Positions 1 to 12,429 of a stretch of 39,887 nucleotides of DNA are shown here, piece after piece; position 1 is the first letter of the stretch, and the number at the start of each line of letters is the position of its first letter. Made by a program: the position numbers and the translations under genes. Below the pieces are notes generated by a model, which saw only the letters and a list, made by a program, of their open reading frames with translations, made no database searches and was not told the DNA's origin. The DNA comes from Chiloscyllium plagiosum (lineage: Eukaryota), in NCBI RefSeq assembly GCF_004010195.1, contig NC_057719.1, forward strand, positions 1,891,210-1,931,096, given 5' to 3'.

Positions 1-1733
1 TACGGACTGTGGGAGTGATCGGGGATCAGGATACAGACTGTGGGAGCGATCGGGATACGGACTGTGGGAGAGTTCGGGGATTGGGATACGGACTGTGGGA
101 GAAATCGGGGATCGGGATACGGACTATGGGAGAGATCGGGATACGGACTGTGTGAGTGATCGGGATACAGACTGTGGGAGTGTTCGGGGATCGGGGTACG
201 GACTGTAGGAGAGATTGGGATACGGACTGTGGGAGTGATCGGGGATCGGGATACGGACTGTGGGAGAGATTGGGATACGGACTGTGGGAGCGATCGGTGA
301 TCTGGATACAGACTGTGGGGGTATTCGGGATACGGACTGTGGGAGATACAGACTGTGGGGGTATTCGGGATACGGACTGTGGGAGTGATCGGAGATGGGA
401 TACTGACTGTGGGAGTGATCGGGATACGGACTGTGGGAGTGATCGGAGATGGGATACTGCCTGTGGGAGTGATCGGGATCGGGATCCGGACTGTGGGAGC
501 GATCGGGATACGCACTGTGGGCGTGATCGGGGATGGGAGACGTGCTGTGTGAGTGATCGGGATACGGACTGTGGGAGCGATCGGTGATCGGGATACGTAC
601 TATGGGAGAGATCGCGAATCGGAATATGGACTGTGGGAGCGATCGGTGATCGGGATACGGACTGTGGGAGAGATCGGGGATCAGGATACGGACTGTGGGA
701 GAGATCGGGTTACGGACTGTGGGAGTGATCGGGGATCAGGATACAGACTGTGGGAGCGATCGGGATACGGACTGTGGGAGAGTTCGGGGATTGGGATACG
801 GACTGTGGGAGAGATCGGGGATCGGGATACAGACTGGGAGTTATCGGGATACGGACTGTGGGAGAGATCGGGGATCGGGATACGGACTGTGGGAGTGATC
901 GGGATACGGACTATGGGAGTGATCGGTGATAGGGATACAGACTGTGGGAGTGATCGGGATACGGACTGTGGGAGAGTTCGGGGATTGGGATACGGACTGT
1001 GGGAGTGATCGGGGATCGGGATACGGACTGTGGGAGCTATCGGGATACGGATTGGGATCGCGATACGGACTGTGGGAGTGATCGGGGATGGGATACGGAC
1101 TGTGGGAGTGATCGGGGATGGGATACGGACTGTGGGAGTGATCGGGGATGGGATACGGACTGTGGGAGTGATCGGGGATGGGATACGGACTGTGGGAGTG
1201 ATCGGGGATGGGATACGGACTGTGGGAGTGATCGGGGATGGGATACGGACTGTGGGAGTGATCGGGGATGGGATACGGACTGTGGGAGTGATCGGGGACG
1301 GGATACGGACTGTGGGAGTGATCGGGGATGGGATACGGACTGTGGGAGTGATCGGGATACGGACTGTGGGAGCGATCGGGATACAAACTGTGGGAGTGAT
1401 CGGGGATCGGGATAGGGTCTGTGGGAGTGATCGGGATATGGACTGTTGGAGAGAACGGGGATCGGGACACGGACTGTGGGCGTGATCAGGGATGGGATAC
1501 GGACTATGGGAGCGATCAGGGATCTGGGTACGGACTGTGGGAGAGATCGGGGATCGGAATATGGACTGTGGGGGCGATCGGGGATCGGGATACTGACTGT
1601 GGGAGAGATCGAGATCCGGACTGTGGGAGAGATCGGGGATCAGGATCCGGACTGTGGGAGTGATCGGGATACGGACTGTGGGAGAGACGGGGATCAGGAT
1701 ACGGACTGTGGGAAAGATCGGGATACGGACTGT

Positions 1734-2233
1734 NNNNNNNNNNNNNNNNNNNNNNNNNNNNNNNNNNNNNNNNNNNNNNNNNNNNNNNNNNNNNNNNNNN
1801 NNNNNNNNNNNNNNNNNNNNNNNNNNNNNNNNNNNNNNNNNNNNNNNNNNNNNNNNNNNNNNNNNNNNNNNNNNNNNNNNNNNNNNNNNNNNNNNNNNNN
1901 NNNNNNNNNNNNNNNNNNNNNNNNNNNNNNNNNNNNNNNNNNNNNNNNNNNNNNNNNNNNNNNNNNNNNNNNNNNNNNNNNNNNNNNNNNNNNNNNNNNN
2001 NNNNNNNNNNNNNNNNNNNNNNNNNNNNNNNNNNNNNNNNNNNNNNNNNNNNNNNNNNNNNNNNNNNNNNNNNNNNNNNNNNNNNNNNNNNNNNNNNNNN
2101 NNNNNNNNNNNNNNNNNNNNNNNNNNNNNNNNNNNNNNNNNNNNNNNNNNNNNNNNNNNNNNNNNNNNNNNNNNNNNNNNNNNNNNNNNNNNNNNNNNNN
2201 NNNNNNNNNNNNNNNNNNNNNNNNNNNNNNNNN
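1734..2233. other. Assembly gap (500 N)
   Basis: Run of N. Confidence 1.
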
Positions 2234-3281
2234 GGAGAGATCGGGGATCGGGATACGGACTGTGGGAGCGATCGGGATACGGTCTGTGGGGGTGATCGGG
2301 ATCGGGATACGGACTGTGGGAGCGATCGGGATACGGACTGTGGGAGTGATCGGGATCGGAATACGGACTGTGGGAGCGATCGGGATATGGACGGTGGGGG
2401 TTATCGGATTGAGATACGGACAGTGGGAGTGATCGTGATACGGACTGTGGGAGTGATTGGGGATTGGGATGCGGACTGTGGGAGTGATCAAGATACGGAC
2501 TGTGGGAATGATCGGTGACCTGATACGGACTGTGGGAGAGATCGGGGATCGCGATACGGACTGTGGGAGTGATCGGGGATGGGATATGGGCTGTGGGAGT
2601 GATCGGGATACGGACTGTGGGAGTGATCGGGGATGGGATACTGACTGTGGGAGTGATCGGGAAACGGACTGTGGGAGTGATCGGGATACGGACTGTGGGA
2701 GTGATCGGGGATGCGATACTGACTGTGGAAGTGATCGGATTACGGAGTGTGGGAGCGATCGGGAAACGAACTGTGGGAGTGATCGGGGATCAGGATAGGG
2801 TCTGTGGGAATGATTGGGATACGTACTGTTGGAGAGAACGGGGATCGGGATACGGACTGTGGGCGTGATATGGGATGGGATACGGACTGTGGGAGCGATC
2901 GGTGATCGGGATACGGACTGTGGGAGAGATCAGGGATCGGGATACGGACTGTGGGAGCGATCAGGGATCTGGGTACGGACTGTGGGAGAGATCGGGGATC
3001 GGAATACGGACTGTGGGGACGATTGGGGATCGGGATACTGACTGTGGGAGAGATCGAGATCCGGACTGTGGGAGAGATCGGGGATCAGGATACGGACTGT
3101 GGGAGTGATCGGGATACGGACTGTGGGAGAGATCAAGGATCGGAATACGGACTGTGGGAGCAATCAGGGATCTGGGTACGGACTGTGGGAGAGATCGGGG
3201 ATCAGGATATGGACTGTGGGAGAGGTTGGGATACGGACTGTGGGAGAGATCGGGGATCGGGATAAAGACTGTGGGAGTGAT

Positions 3282-3505
3282 NNNNNNNNNNNNNNNNNNN
3301 NNNNNNNNNNNNNNNNNNNNNNNNNNNNNNNNNNNNNNNNNNNNNNNNNNNNNNNNNNNNNNNNNNNNNNNNNNNNNNNNNNNNNNNNNNNNNNNNNNNN
3401 NNNNNNNNNNNNNNNNNNNNNNNNNNNNNNNNNNNNNNNNNNNNNNNNNNNNNNNNNNNNNNNNNNNNNNNNNNNNNNNNNNNNNNNNNNNNNNNNNNNN
3501 NNNNN
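3282..3505. other. Assembly gap (224 N)
   Basis: Run of N. Confidence 1.
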
Positions 3506-6006
3506 GATCGGGATACGGACTGTGGGAGCGATCGGTGATCGGGATACGGACTGTGGGAGCGATCAGGGATCTGGGTACGGACTGTGGGAGTGATCGGTGA
3601 TGGGATACTGACTGTGGGAGAGATCGAGATACGGACTGTGGGAGAGATCGGGGACCGGGATACCGACTGTGGGAGCGATCGGGATATGGATGGTGGGGTT
3701 ATCGGATTGGGATACGGACAGTGGGAGTGATCGTGATACTGACTGTGGGAGTGATCGGGGATTGGGATGCGGACTGTGGGAGTGATCAGGATACGGACTG
3801 TGGGAATGATCGGGGACCTGATATGGACTGTGGGAGAGATCGGGGATCGCGATCCGGACTGTGGGAGTGATCGGGGATGGGATATGGGCTGTGGGAGAGA
3901 TCGGGATACGGACTGTGGGAGTGATCGGGGATGGGATACTGACTGTGGGAGTGATCGGGATACGGACTGTGGGAGTGATCGGGATACGGACTGTGCGAGA
4001 GATCGGGGATCAGGATACGGACTGTGGGAGTGATCGGGATACGGACTGTAGGAGAGATCGGGGATCGGGTTACGGACTGTGGGAGCGATCGGGATACAGA
4101 CTGTGGGAGTGATCGGGGATCGGGATACGGACTGTGGGAGTGATCGGGATACGGACTGTAGGAGAGATCGGTGATCGGGATACGGACTGGAGGGGTGATC
4201 GGGATACGGACTGTGGGAGCGATCGGTGATCGGGATACGGACTGTGGGAGCGATCAGGGATCTGGGTACGGACTGTGGGAGTGATCGGTGATGGGATACT
4301 GACTGTGGGAGAGATCGAGATACGGACTGTGGGAGAGATCGGGGATCAGGATACGGACTGTGGGAGTGATCGGGATACGGACTGTGGGAGAGATCAGGGA
4401 TCGGGATACGGACTGTGGGACTGATTGGGATACGGACTGTGGGAGTGATCGGAGTTCGGGATACGGACTGTGGGAGTGATCGGGGATTGGGATACGGACT
4501 GTGGGAGTGATCGGGGATCGGGATACTGACTGTGGGAGTGATCGGGGATCGGGGTACGGACTGTGGGAGTGATCGGAAAACGGACTGTGGGAGTGGTCGG
4601 GGATCGGGATACGGACTGTGAGACTGATCGGGATACGGACTGTGGGTGTGATCGGGGATCGGGATACGGACTCTGGGAGAGATCGGGATACGGACTATGG
4701 GAGTGATCGGGGATCGGGATACGGAGTGTGGGTGTGATCGGGATATGGACTGTCGGAGTGATCAGGATACGGACTGTGGGAGAGATCGGTGATCGGGATA
4801 CGGACTGTGGGAGTGAATGGGATCAGGATACGGACTGTGGGAGTGATCAGGGATCCGGATCCGGACTGTGGGAGAGATCGGGGATCGGGATATGGACTGT
4901 GGGAGTGATCGGGATAAGGACTGTGGGAGAGATCGGGGATCGGGATACGGACTGTGGGAGTGATCGGGGATTAGGATACGGACTGTGGGAGTGATCGGGA
5001 TACAGACTGTGGGAGTGATCGGGATACGGACTGTGGGAGTGATCGGGAATCGGGATATGGACTGTGGGAGTAATCGGGATACAGACTGTGGGAGTGATCG
5101 GGGATCGGGATACTGACTGTGGGAGTGTTCGGGGATCGGGATACGGACTGTGGGAGTAATTGGGATACGGACTGTGGGAGAGATCGGGGATCGGGATACG
5201 GACTGTAGAAATGATCAGGGATCGGGATACGGACTGTGGGAGTGATCGGGATACGTACTGTGGGAGTGATCGGGATACGGACTGTGGGAGTGATCGGGGA
5301 TCGGGATACGGACTGTGGGAGAGTTCGGGATACGGACTGTGGGAGTGATCGGGGATCGGGTTACGGACTGTGGGAGTGATCGGGATATTGACTGTGGGAG
5401 TGATCGGGGATCGGGATACGGGCTGTGGGAGCAATCGGTGATAGGGATACGGACTGTGGGAGTGATCGGGGATCAGAGTACGGACTGTGGGAGTGATCGG
5501 GATACGGACTGTGGGAGAGATCGGGATACGGACTGTGGGAGTGATAGGGATACGGACTGTGGGAGTGATTGGGATTAGGATACGGACTGTGGGAGCAATC
5601 GGTATCGGGATACGGACTGTGGGAGTGATCGTGGATTGGGATACGGACTGTGGCAGAGATCGGGGATCGGGATACGGACTGTGGGAGTTAGCGGGATACA
5701 GACTGTGGGTGAGATCGGGGATCGGGATACGGACTGTGGGAGTGATCGGGATACAGACTGTGGGAGTGATCGGGGATCGGGGTACGGACTGTGGGAGAGA
5801 TTGGGATACGGACTGTGGGAGTGATCAGGATACGGTCTGTGGGAGAGATCGGGGATCGGGATACGGACTGTGGGAGTGATCGGGGATCGAGATACGGACT
5901 GTGTGAGTGATCGGGGACCGGGTTTGGACTGTGGGAGTGATTGGCGATCCGAGTAGAGATTGTGTGAGCGATCTGGGATTGGGGTATGGACTGTTGGAGA
6001 GATCGG

Positions 6007-6713
6007 TATTATGACACGGGGTAAACCCCTCTTGCTAATTCAAACCTGCAGCGCAGAAAAGGTTTACTGCATGTTGTAATCTGTTCAAATTCAAGAGGCA
6101 ACGAACTATCCCAAAAGTCACTATTTAAAGTAAAAATTAGCTACTGTGTTTGTTAATGTCTAACTGAGAATAATTAACTAACGGCTAGTTACAACTCCTT
6201 TCTCTAACCTATCTTTTATTTTCCCTTTTATAATACTGATCCGATAATGACCCCAATTAAGATTTACCAAAATATTCAAATTTCAAAACCAGCTAGCTGT
6301 TGAATCTTCACTTTGTATCTTCCTCAGTCTTCTTTTCTTCTTGCGAGGGATTCTGTTTGACAGGTCATTGATAAAAGAATTCTGTGGGCAGTCTGCATAT
6401 GTTGGTGGCTTAGTAGTTCTCCCCCAACTGTTCAATTTGTTAAGTATTTATACCCCAAAGCATCAGATCGTTTCATTGGTTTCAATATTGTCAAAATACC
6501 AATTTCAAACTTGATTGGAGTTTAGTATCTTGGGACATAATTTAAACTGATTGGCTGAATTCTAATTTGTTTTTGTCTCATAACAACCTCAGTACTGCTA
6601 GCGGTTGGACAAATGTTACATTGTAAATTTCTCAGTACTCTGTATGCCTCTCTAAGTCCTTGCTAGCTTTTACCTCTCTTAAAGGTACAGTACCTGTCTA
6701 CACTTTCATAATA
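6007..6713 (-). repeat. 3' LTR (707 bp)
   Basis: Termini TATTATGA...TCATAATA form an inverted repeat. It aligns by eye with 13401-14018. Minus-strand CCAAT boxes (~6475-6555), TATAAA (6447-6452) and AATAAA (6215-6220) lie in the expected order. Confidence 0.92.
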
Positions 6714-6726
6714 CTTCCCCCCTTAA
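6714..6726 (-). promoter_or_regulatory. Polypurine tract (plus-strand priming site)
   Basis: Minus strand reads AAGGGGGGAAG immediately before the 3' LTR start. Confidence 0.85.
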
Positions 6727-6879
6727 GAAAAAATGAACCAGCATAATGAAAAGGTGGCGTCATTTTTTCTATTCTTTAAACACATTAACATAACTTTAAT
6801 CTAAGTTCACCTTAACTTCTTCCTATGCATTTTAAACATTAGATAGATGTATCTTATCTATACTTTATCAGTTAAGTTC

Positions 6880-8125
6880 ACACTAACGCCTCTGTGATTA
6901 CATTCTTATGACCTGTGGTATGTACGATTTTTCAAATAAAACTCTGCAACATAAGACCCCAATGAAATAGTCTCATTTTCTTGTCATTAAAGTATTCAAA
7001 GAATGTAAGGAGGATTGTGATCCGTACACACAATTGTCTCCAACACATTGTTCGTCAAGTGTTGTAAGGCCAGGACTAAACACGACCGTGGAGTATTTCC
7101 TCTGGGGGATGTTGAGTTTCTTTGAAAAGTAACCAACTGGCAGTTCAATCCCATCCTCATCTTCCTGTAGCAGTACAGCTCCAACTCCTATGTCACCATC
7201 ATCGACAGCAACTTTAAAAGGGTTTGAAGAGTTTGGTGGATAATATCGATTTCAAATGGTCGAATGCCTCCTGGCATGGTTCTGTCCACCAAAACATTGT
7301 GTTCTTCTTCAGCAAATCGGTTAACGGTGCCACTACACTGCTGAAGTTTGGAACAAACTTCCGATAGAATCCACTGAGCCCTAAAAATCGAAGCCCCTCT
7401 TTCTTCGAGGTTGGTCGTGGAAATTCCTCGATGGCCTTCATCTTTGCATTCCATGGGGTCAACCTTCCTTGGGATGTTATGTTCCAAGAACGTCACCCCT
7501 GCTTTTGCGAATTCAGTTTTGTTTATTACTATTTTGCTTCTCGTAGTCGTCCAAAGAGGCTCTGCCAACTGTACCATGTGATCTTTCCAGGACTTACTAA
7601 AGATCACTGCATCGTCCAAACAGACTGCACAGTTTGTTAACCCAGACACAACTCTGTTCATGAGTCTTTGGAATGTGGCGGGTGTGTGTTCTTCACTCCA
7701 AAGGGCATCGCTTTAAACTGATAGAGCCCATTTGGGATTACAAACGCAGGCATTTCTTTCACTGCCTCTGATAAAGGTACCTGCCAGTAACCAAGCAGTA
7801 AGTCCAACTTGGTGATGTAACTGGCTTGCCCGACTTTCTCAATACAGTCCTCCAATCTCGGGATTGGATATGAGTCCGATTTTGTAATGGCATTGACCTT
7901 CTGATACTCCGCGCAGAATCGCTGAGTCCCATCTGGTTTGGGCACTAAGACAATCGGTGAACTCCACTCGCCCTGGCTTGGTTTGATGATGACCTCCTCC
8001 TCCATCTGGACCTGTCTGGCTTTGAGAGGATTAAGCCAATAGGGGTATTGTTTTTTTGGAGCAGTATTCCCTACGGCTACTTCATGTACAATAGCATTAG
8101 TCCTCCCCATCTGATTCTTATACAT
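6880..8125 (-). pseudogene. Gypsy-type reverse transcriptase + RNase H remnant
   Basis: RT motifs: SQGEWSSPIVLVPKPDGTQRFC, YPIPRLEDCIEKVG, KLDLLLGYWQVPL, MPFG, CLDD (mutated YxDD) and LRFLGLSGFYRKFVPNFS. RNase H motifs: AVDDGDIGVGAVLLQ...GYFSKKLN...TDHNP...NVITEAL. Confidence 0.93.
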
Positions 8126-8356
8126 ACACTACAAAAACAAATCTTTCAACTGCGTTCTATGCTCAAGAGACAGACAGCTTACTAACCTATCCCACCCCTC
8201 AAGGACTTCTTCATTTTTTAATCTATTTTGAGGCACATCAATATCTACATCCTCTGGATTTGATTCCTCATTCTGCGGGGCAGTAACTAACACCTGTATC
8301 TCCAGTTCTTTCTCTGTTGTATAATAGAGTTTCAACACGTTCACATGGCATATCGT

Positions 8357-8724
8357 TTACCTTTTTTTTCTATCTGGCATCTTTTCTAGATAGTTCAGCT
8401 GACTCAACTTTTTCTCAATTTGATAGGGACCACTAAACCTGGCTTTGAAGGGATCTCCTATCACTGGTAACGGTACTAACACGTCATCCCCTCGGGAAAA
8501 CGTCTGAGTCTCAGAGCTTTTATCTACCACCTGCTTCATTCTGCACTGTGCCCTCTTTAGGTACTGTTTAACTAACTCACCCACTTGATTTAGTCTCTCC
8601 CTCACCTCCGACACATAATGTAAGTGTGAGATCTCCGACTTTGGTCCTGTCAATTTTCTTTAATTAATTTCATAGGGCCTCTCACTTCATACTCGAATAG
8701 TAACTCGAAGGGAGTAAACTGAAT
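8357..8724 (-). pseudogene. Integrase C-terminal part (GPY/F region)
   Basis: QFTPFELLFEYEVRGP and DVLVPLPVIGDPFKARFSGPYQIEKK. It continues the integrase core interrupted at ~11255. Confidence 0.85.
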
Positions 8725-11254
8725 ATAGTCATAGAGTCACAGAGTCATAGAGATGTACAGCACAGAAACAGACCCTTCGGTCCAACCTGTCCATGCTGAC
8801 CCGATATCCCAACCCAATCTAGTCCCACCTGCCAGCAAACGACCATTATCCATCCAAACCCTTCCTATTCATAAACCCATCCAGATGCCTTTAAATGTTG
8901 TAATTGTACCAGCCTCCACCACTTTCTCTGGCAGCTCATTCCATACACGTACCACCCTCTGCGTGAAAACATTGCCCCTTAGGTCTCTTTTATATCTTTC
9001 CCCTCTCATTTAAAACCTATGCCCTCTAGTTCTGGACTCCCCGACCCCAGGGAAAAGACCTTGTCTATTTACCCTATCCATGCCCCTCATGATTTTATAA
9101 ACCTCTATAAGGTCACCCCTCAGCCTCCGATGCTCGGGGGAAAACAGCCCAGCTTGTTCAGCCTCTCCCTGTAACTCAAATCCTCCAACCCTGGCAACGT
9201 TCTTATAAACTTTTCCTGAACCCTGTCAAGTTTCACAACATCTTTCCGATAGGAAGGAGACCAGAATTGCACGCAATATTCCAAACGTGGCCTAACCAAT
9301 GTCCTGTACAGACACAACATGACCTCCCAACTCCTGTATTCAATACTCTGACCAATAAAGGAAAGCATACCAAACTCCTTCACTATCCTATCTACCTGCG
9401 ACTCCACTTTCAAGGAGCTATGAACCTGCACAAAAGGTCTTTTTGTTCAGCAACACTCCCTAGGACCTTACCATTAAGTGTATAAGTCCTGCTAAGATTT
9501 GCTTTCCCAAAATGCAGCACCTCACATATATCTAAATTAAACTCCATCTGCCACTTCTCAGCCCATTGGCCCATCTGGTCAAGATCCTGTTGAATCTGAG
9601 GTAACCCTCTTCGCTGTCCACTACACCTCTAATTTTGGTGTCATCTGCAAACTTACTAAGTAATACCTCTTATGCTCACATCCAAATCATTTATATAAAT
9701 GATGAAAAGTAGAGGGCCCAGCACCGATCCTTGTGGCACTCCACCGGTCACAGGCCTCCAGTCTGAAAAACAACCCTCCACCACCACCCTCTGTCTTCTA
9801 CCTTTGAGCCAGTTCTGTATCCAAATGGCTAGTTCTCCCTGTATTCTATGAGATCTAACCTTGCTCACCAGTCTCCCATGGGGAGCCTTGTCAAACGCCT
9901 TCCTGAAGTCCATATGAAGACCTGGACTCTATCCCCCCCCGCCCCCCCCAAACAAATCCCACGATCCGGCAATAAACAGTAGCAGTTCAGTCTGGTTCTG
10001 TAAGATTTCACACTTTATTCTACGGCTGGGTACAGGTTGTCCAACAACACAGAGGTTAAACACTTCCATGTCCCTAGGAGAAACTGCACAGGTGGCTTAA
10101 GACAAAGATATTTTTATATCTTTTTTGGAAAAGATGTACAGCCATGGTTACAGAGCCTGCTCGTCGGATGCTGCCTGACCTGCTGTGCTTTTCTAGCGCC
10201 ACTCTCATCTAGACACTGATTTCCAGCATCTGCAGTCCTCATTTTTGCCTGCATTCAAACAATTACCAATCAAATTTAATAAAATGACATTATTGACAGC
10301 AGCTTAGCCCAAAGTACTTCCTGGGAACACATCCAAGCACCTTTATCTTCCAAAACTATTTTCTCCATCTGCACTTGCAAGGTCAGTTAGGATGGCTAGT
10401 AATGTTTTATCTAGTCTAGTTATTGCTCTGCTGTCAGGGAAGCATTATCTGCTAATGTTTGTTAAAGCACACTATGTTTAATTCAGGAATGCAGCTTTTA
10501 GCAGCTTTAAGCAGAATTGTCAATTTGCAGCCTAGAAGCCATTTTGTTATGTTATGTGCATCAATAAGCCTATGTTAGTAAGAGCATGTATTAAATGGTT
10601 GTTTCTGACTACAACTAGTTACTTCAACCTGTGTTCAGCTTTCAGATTCTCATATATAGATCACGTCTACTGCTCTGCCCTCATCAATCCTCTTTGTTAC
10701 TTCCTCAAAAAACTCAATCAAGTTTGTGAGACATGATTTCCCACGCACAAAGCCATGTTGACTATCCCGAATCAGTCCTTGCCTTTCCAAATACATGTAC
10801 ATCCTGTCCCTCAGAAATCCCTCCAACAACTTGCCTACCACCAATGTCAGGCACATTGGTCTATAGTTCCCTGGCTTGTCCATACCATCCTTCTTAAATA
10901 GTGGCACCACGTTTCCAACCTCCGGTCTTCCAGCACCTCACCTGTGACTATCAATGATACAAATATCTCAGCAAGAGGCCCAGCAATCACTTTTCTAGCT
11001 TCCCACAGAGTTCTCAGGTACACCTGATCAGGTCCTGGGGATTTATCCACCTTTATGCCTTTTAAGACATCCAGCACTTCCTCCTCTGTAATCTGGACAT
11101 TTTGCAAGATGTCACCATCTATTTCCCTACAGTCTATATCTTCCATATCCTTTTCCACAGTAAATACTGATGCAAAATATTCATTTAGTATCTCCCCCAT
11201 CTCCTGTGGCTCCACACAAAGGCTGCCTTGTTGATCTTTAAGGGGCTGTATTCT
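8725..11254 (-). mobile_element. 5'-truncated CR1 (HER1-like) LINE inserted in the integrase; split at 9915-10652
   Basis: ORF2 motifs: [63 protein letters not shown] and YRTLVRPRLEYCVQFWSP. The 3' tail (CTCTATGA)n is at ~8727-8752. Confidence 0.95.
9915..10652. mobile_element. Probable solo LTR (738 bp) of an unrelated LTR element
   Basis: Begins TG and ends CA, flanked by CATA (9911-9914) and TATA (10653-10656), a 4-bp TSD with one mismatch. Removing it restores CR1 AVDVIYMDF. It shows no similarity to the 6007-6713 LTR. Confidence 0.72.
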
Positions 11255-11880
11255 CTCTGGGGCATCTCTAATGGTAAACAATACGAATGGGATACCTTTA
11301 TCCCAATCATTCGGGTAATCTTGACAGTACGTTCTTAACGTGGTCTTCAAGGTCTGATGCCCCCTTTCTAAAGCTCCCTGGGATTCAAGATGATGCACAC
11401 TGGATTTAAAGTGCTGTATACCTAAGCTTATCCATAATCTCCTTAAACAGCCAGCAGTAAAGTTTGACCCTTAGTCTGACTGGATCTCTCTGGGTAGCCC
11501 ATCCCATGTGAAGAAAGTTACTAACTCCTCTACTACCCTTTTTGCCTTGATACTCCATAATGGAATTGCCTCCGGAAATCTGGTAGACACATCCATTATG
11601 GTTAGCAAATTCTGATTCCTACTTTTAGTTCTTGTGAGGGGACCTCCACAATCACTTATAACCCGCGTGAAAGGTTCTTCAAATGTGGGAATTGGCAACA
11701 AAGGGTCTGGTTTTATTACCGCCTGTGGCTTACCTACCATTTGGCATGTATGACACGTACAGCAAATGTTAACCACATCCTGGTGCATTCGAGGCCAATA
11801 AAAATGTTTTAGTACCTTAGCCTGAGTCTTTTGTACCCCTAGGTAACCTCCTACTGGCAACACAATCTGGTGCACTTTAG
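11255..11880 (-). pseudogene. Integrase zinc-binding and catalytic core remnant
   Basis: GGYLGVQKT..KHFYWP..CCTCHTCQ (HHCC), FTRVISDCGGPL, MDVSTRFPEAIPL, GLPREIQSD, HHLESQGALERGHQTLK and WDKGIPFVLFTIRDAP. Confidence 0.92.
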
Positions 11881-12413
11881 CCCATTTCTGGTTACTACAC
11901 AGTCTGGGAAAATACCAGGATATTTCTGTTTTAACTCCTCAGTTTCTTGGTCTTCCTTGGGCTTCTCCACAGTAAGGGGTACCACTCCCACCTTGGATCC
12001 TGCCAAATCATTCCCAAGAACAAACTGAATTCCTGGAACTGACACTCTGTCAGTCACTCCCACAGTAACTTCCCCAGTCTGGAGTTGGCACTCCAACCTG
12101 ATCTTACACAGGAGAATGTGAAATTTCTGTCATCTATCCCACAAATTATCACATTTTCAGGTAACAGATCAGGCGGAGTGCATATTCTCTCATCTCTCAC
12201 TGTCAGCGACTGGTTAGACCCTGTATCTCTCAAAATTATAACTTCTTGTCCTTTTCTCCCTGTTCTTCCTGAGTAAACTTTACCCAGAGAGGTGAATTCT
12301 TTGTAGAGATCAGGTACTAACTCCATATCCAGCCCCTGCCTGGGCTGTGCACTCACCTGCAGCTCCTCAGCTCTTCTTGGGGTCTCCTTTACTACCTTCA
12401 CTAATGCCATCAT
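11881..12413 (-). pseudogene. Retropepsin (aspartic protease) remnant
   Basis: IILRDTGSNQSL (DTG active site) and GIQFVLGNDLAG. Confidence 0.88.
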
Positions 12414-12429
12414 CTTGGCTTCTTTACCA

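Larger units (their letters stand above)
1..6006. repeat. G-rich satellite/minisatellite array; 24-bp core GGATACGGACTGTGGGAGTGATCG with optional 6-7 bp extension (GGGATG / GGGATCG)
   Basis: The unit is directly visible throughout and degenerates over ~5900-6006. All ORFs here are periodic translations (DRDTDCGS, GIRTVGVI, GYGLWERS). Confidence 0.97.

Noticed and set aside
156..5879. Many long repetitive ORFs (DRDTDCGS, GIRTVGVI, PYPIPDHSHS) that look like a repeat protein
   Set aside because: They are open in several frames on both strands, and the 31-bp units constantly shift frame. This is satellite translation, and some ORFs run through N gaps.
1..6006. CRISPR-like repeat array
   Set aside because: There are no unique spacers and no cas genes. 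The units are head-to-tail and the context is vertebrate.
10847..11398. 183-aa ORF fusing integrase and LINE ORF2 sequence
   Set aside because: This is a chance in-frame read-through at the CR1 insertion junction (RDAP|ERIQPL). Both partners are otherwise disrupted.
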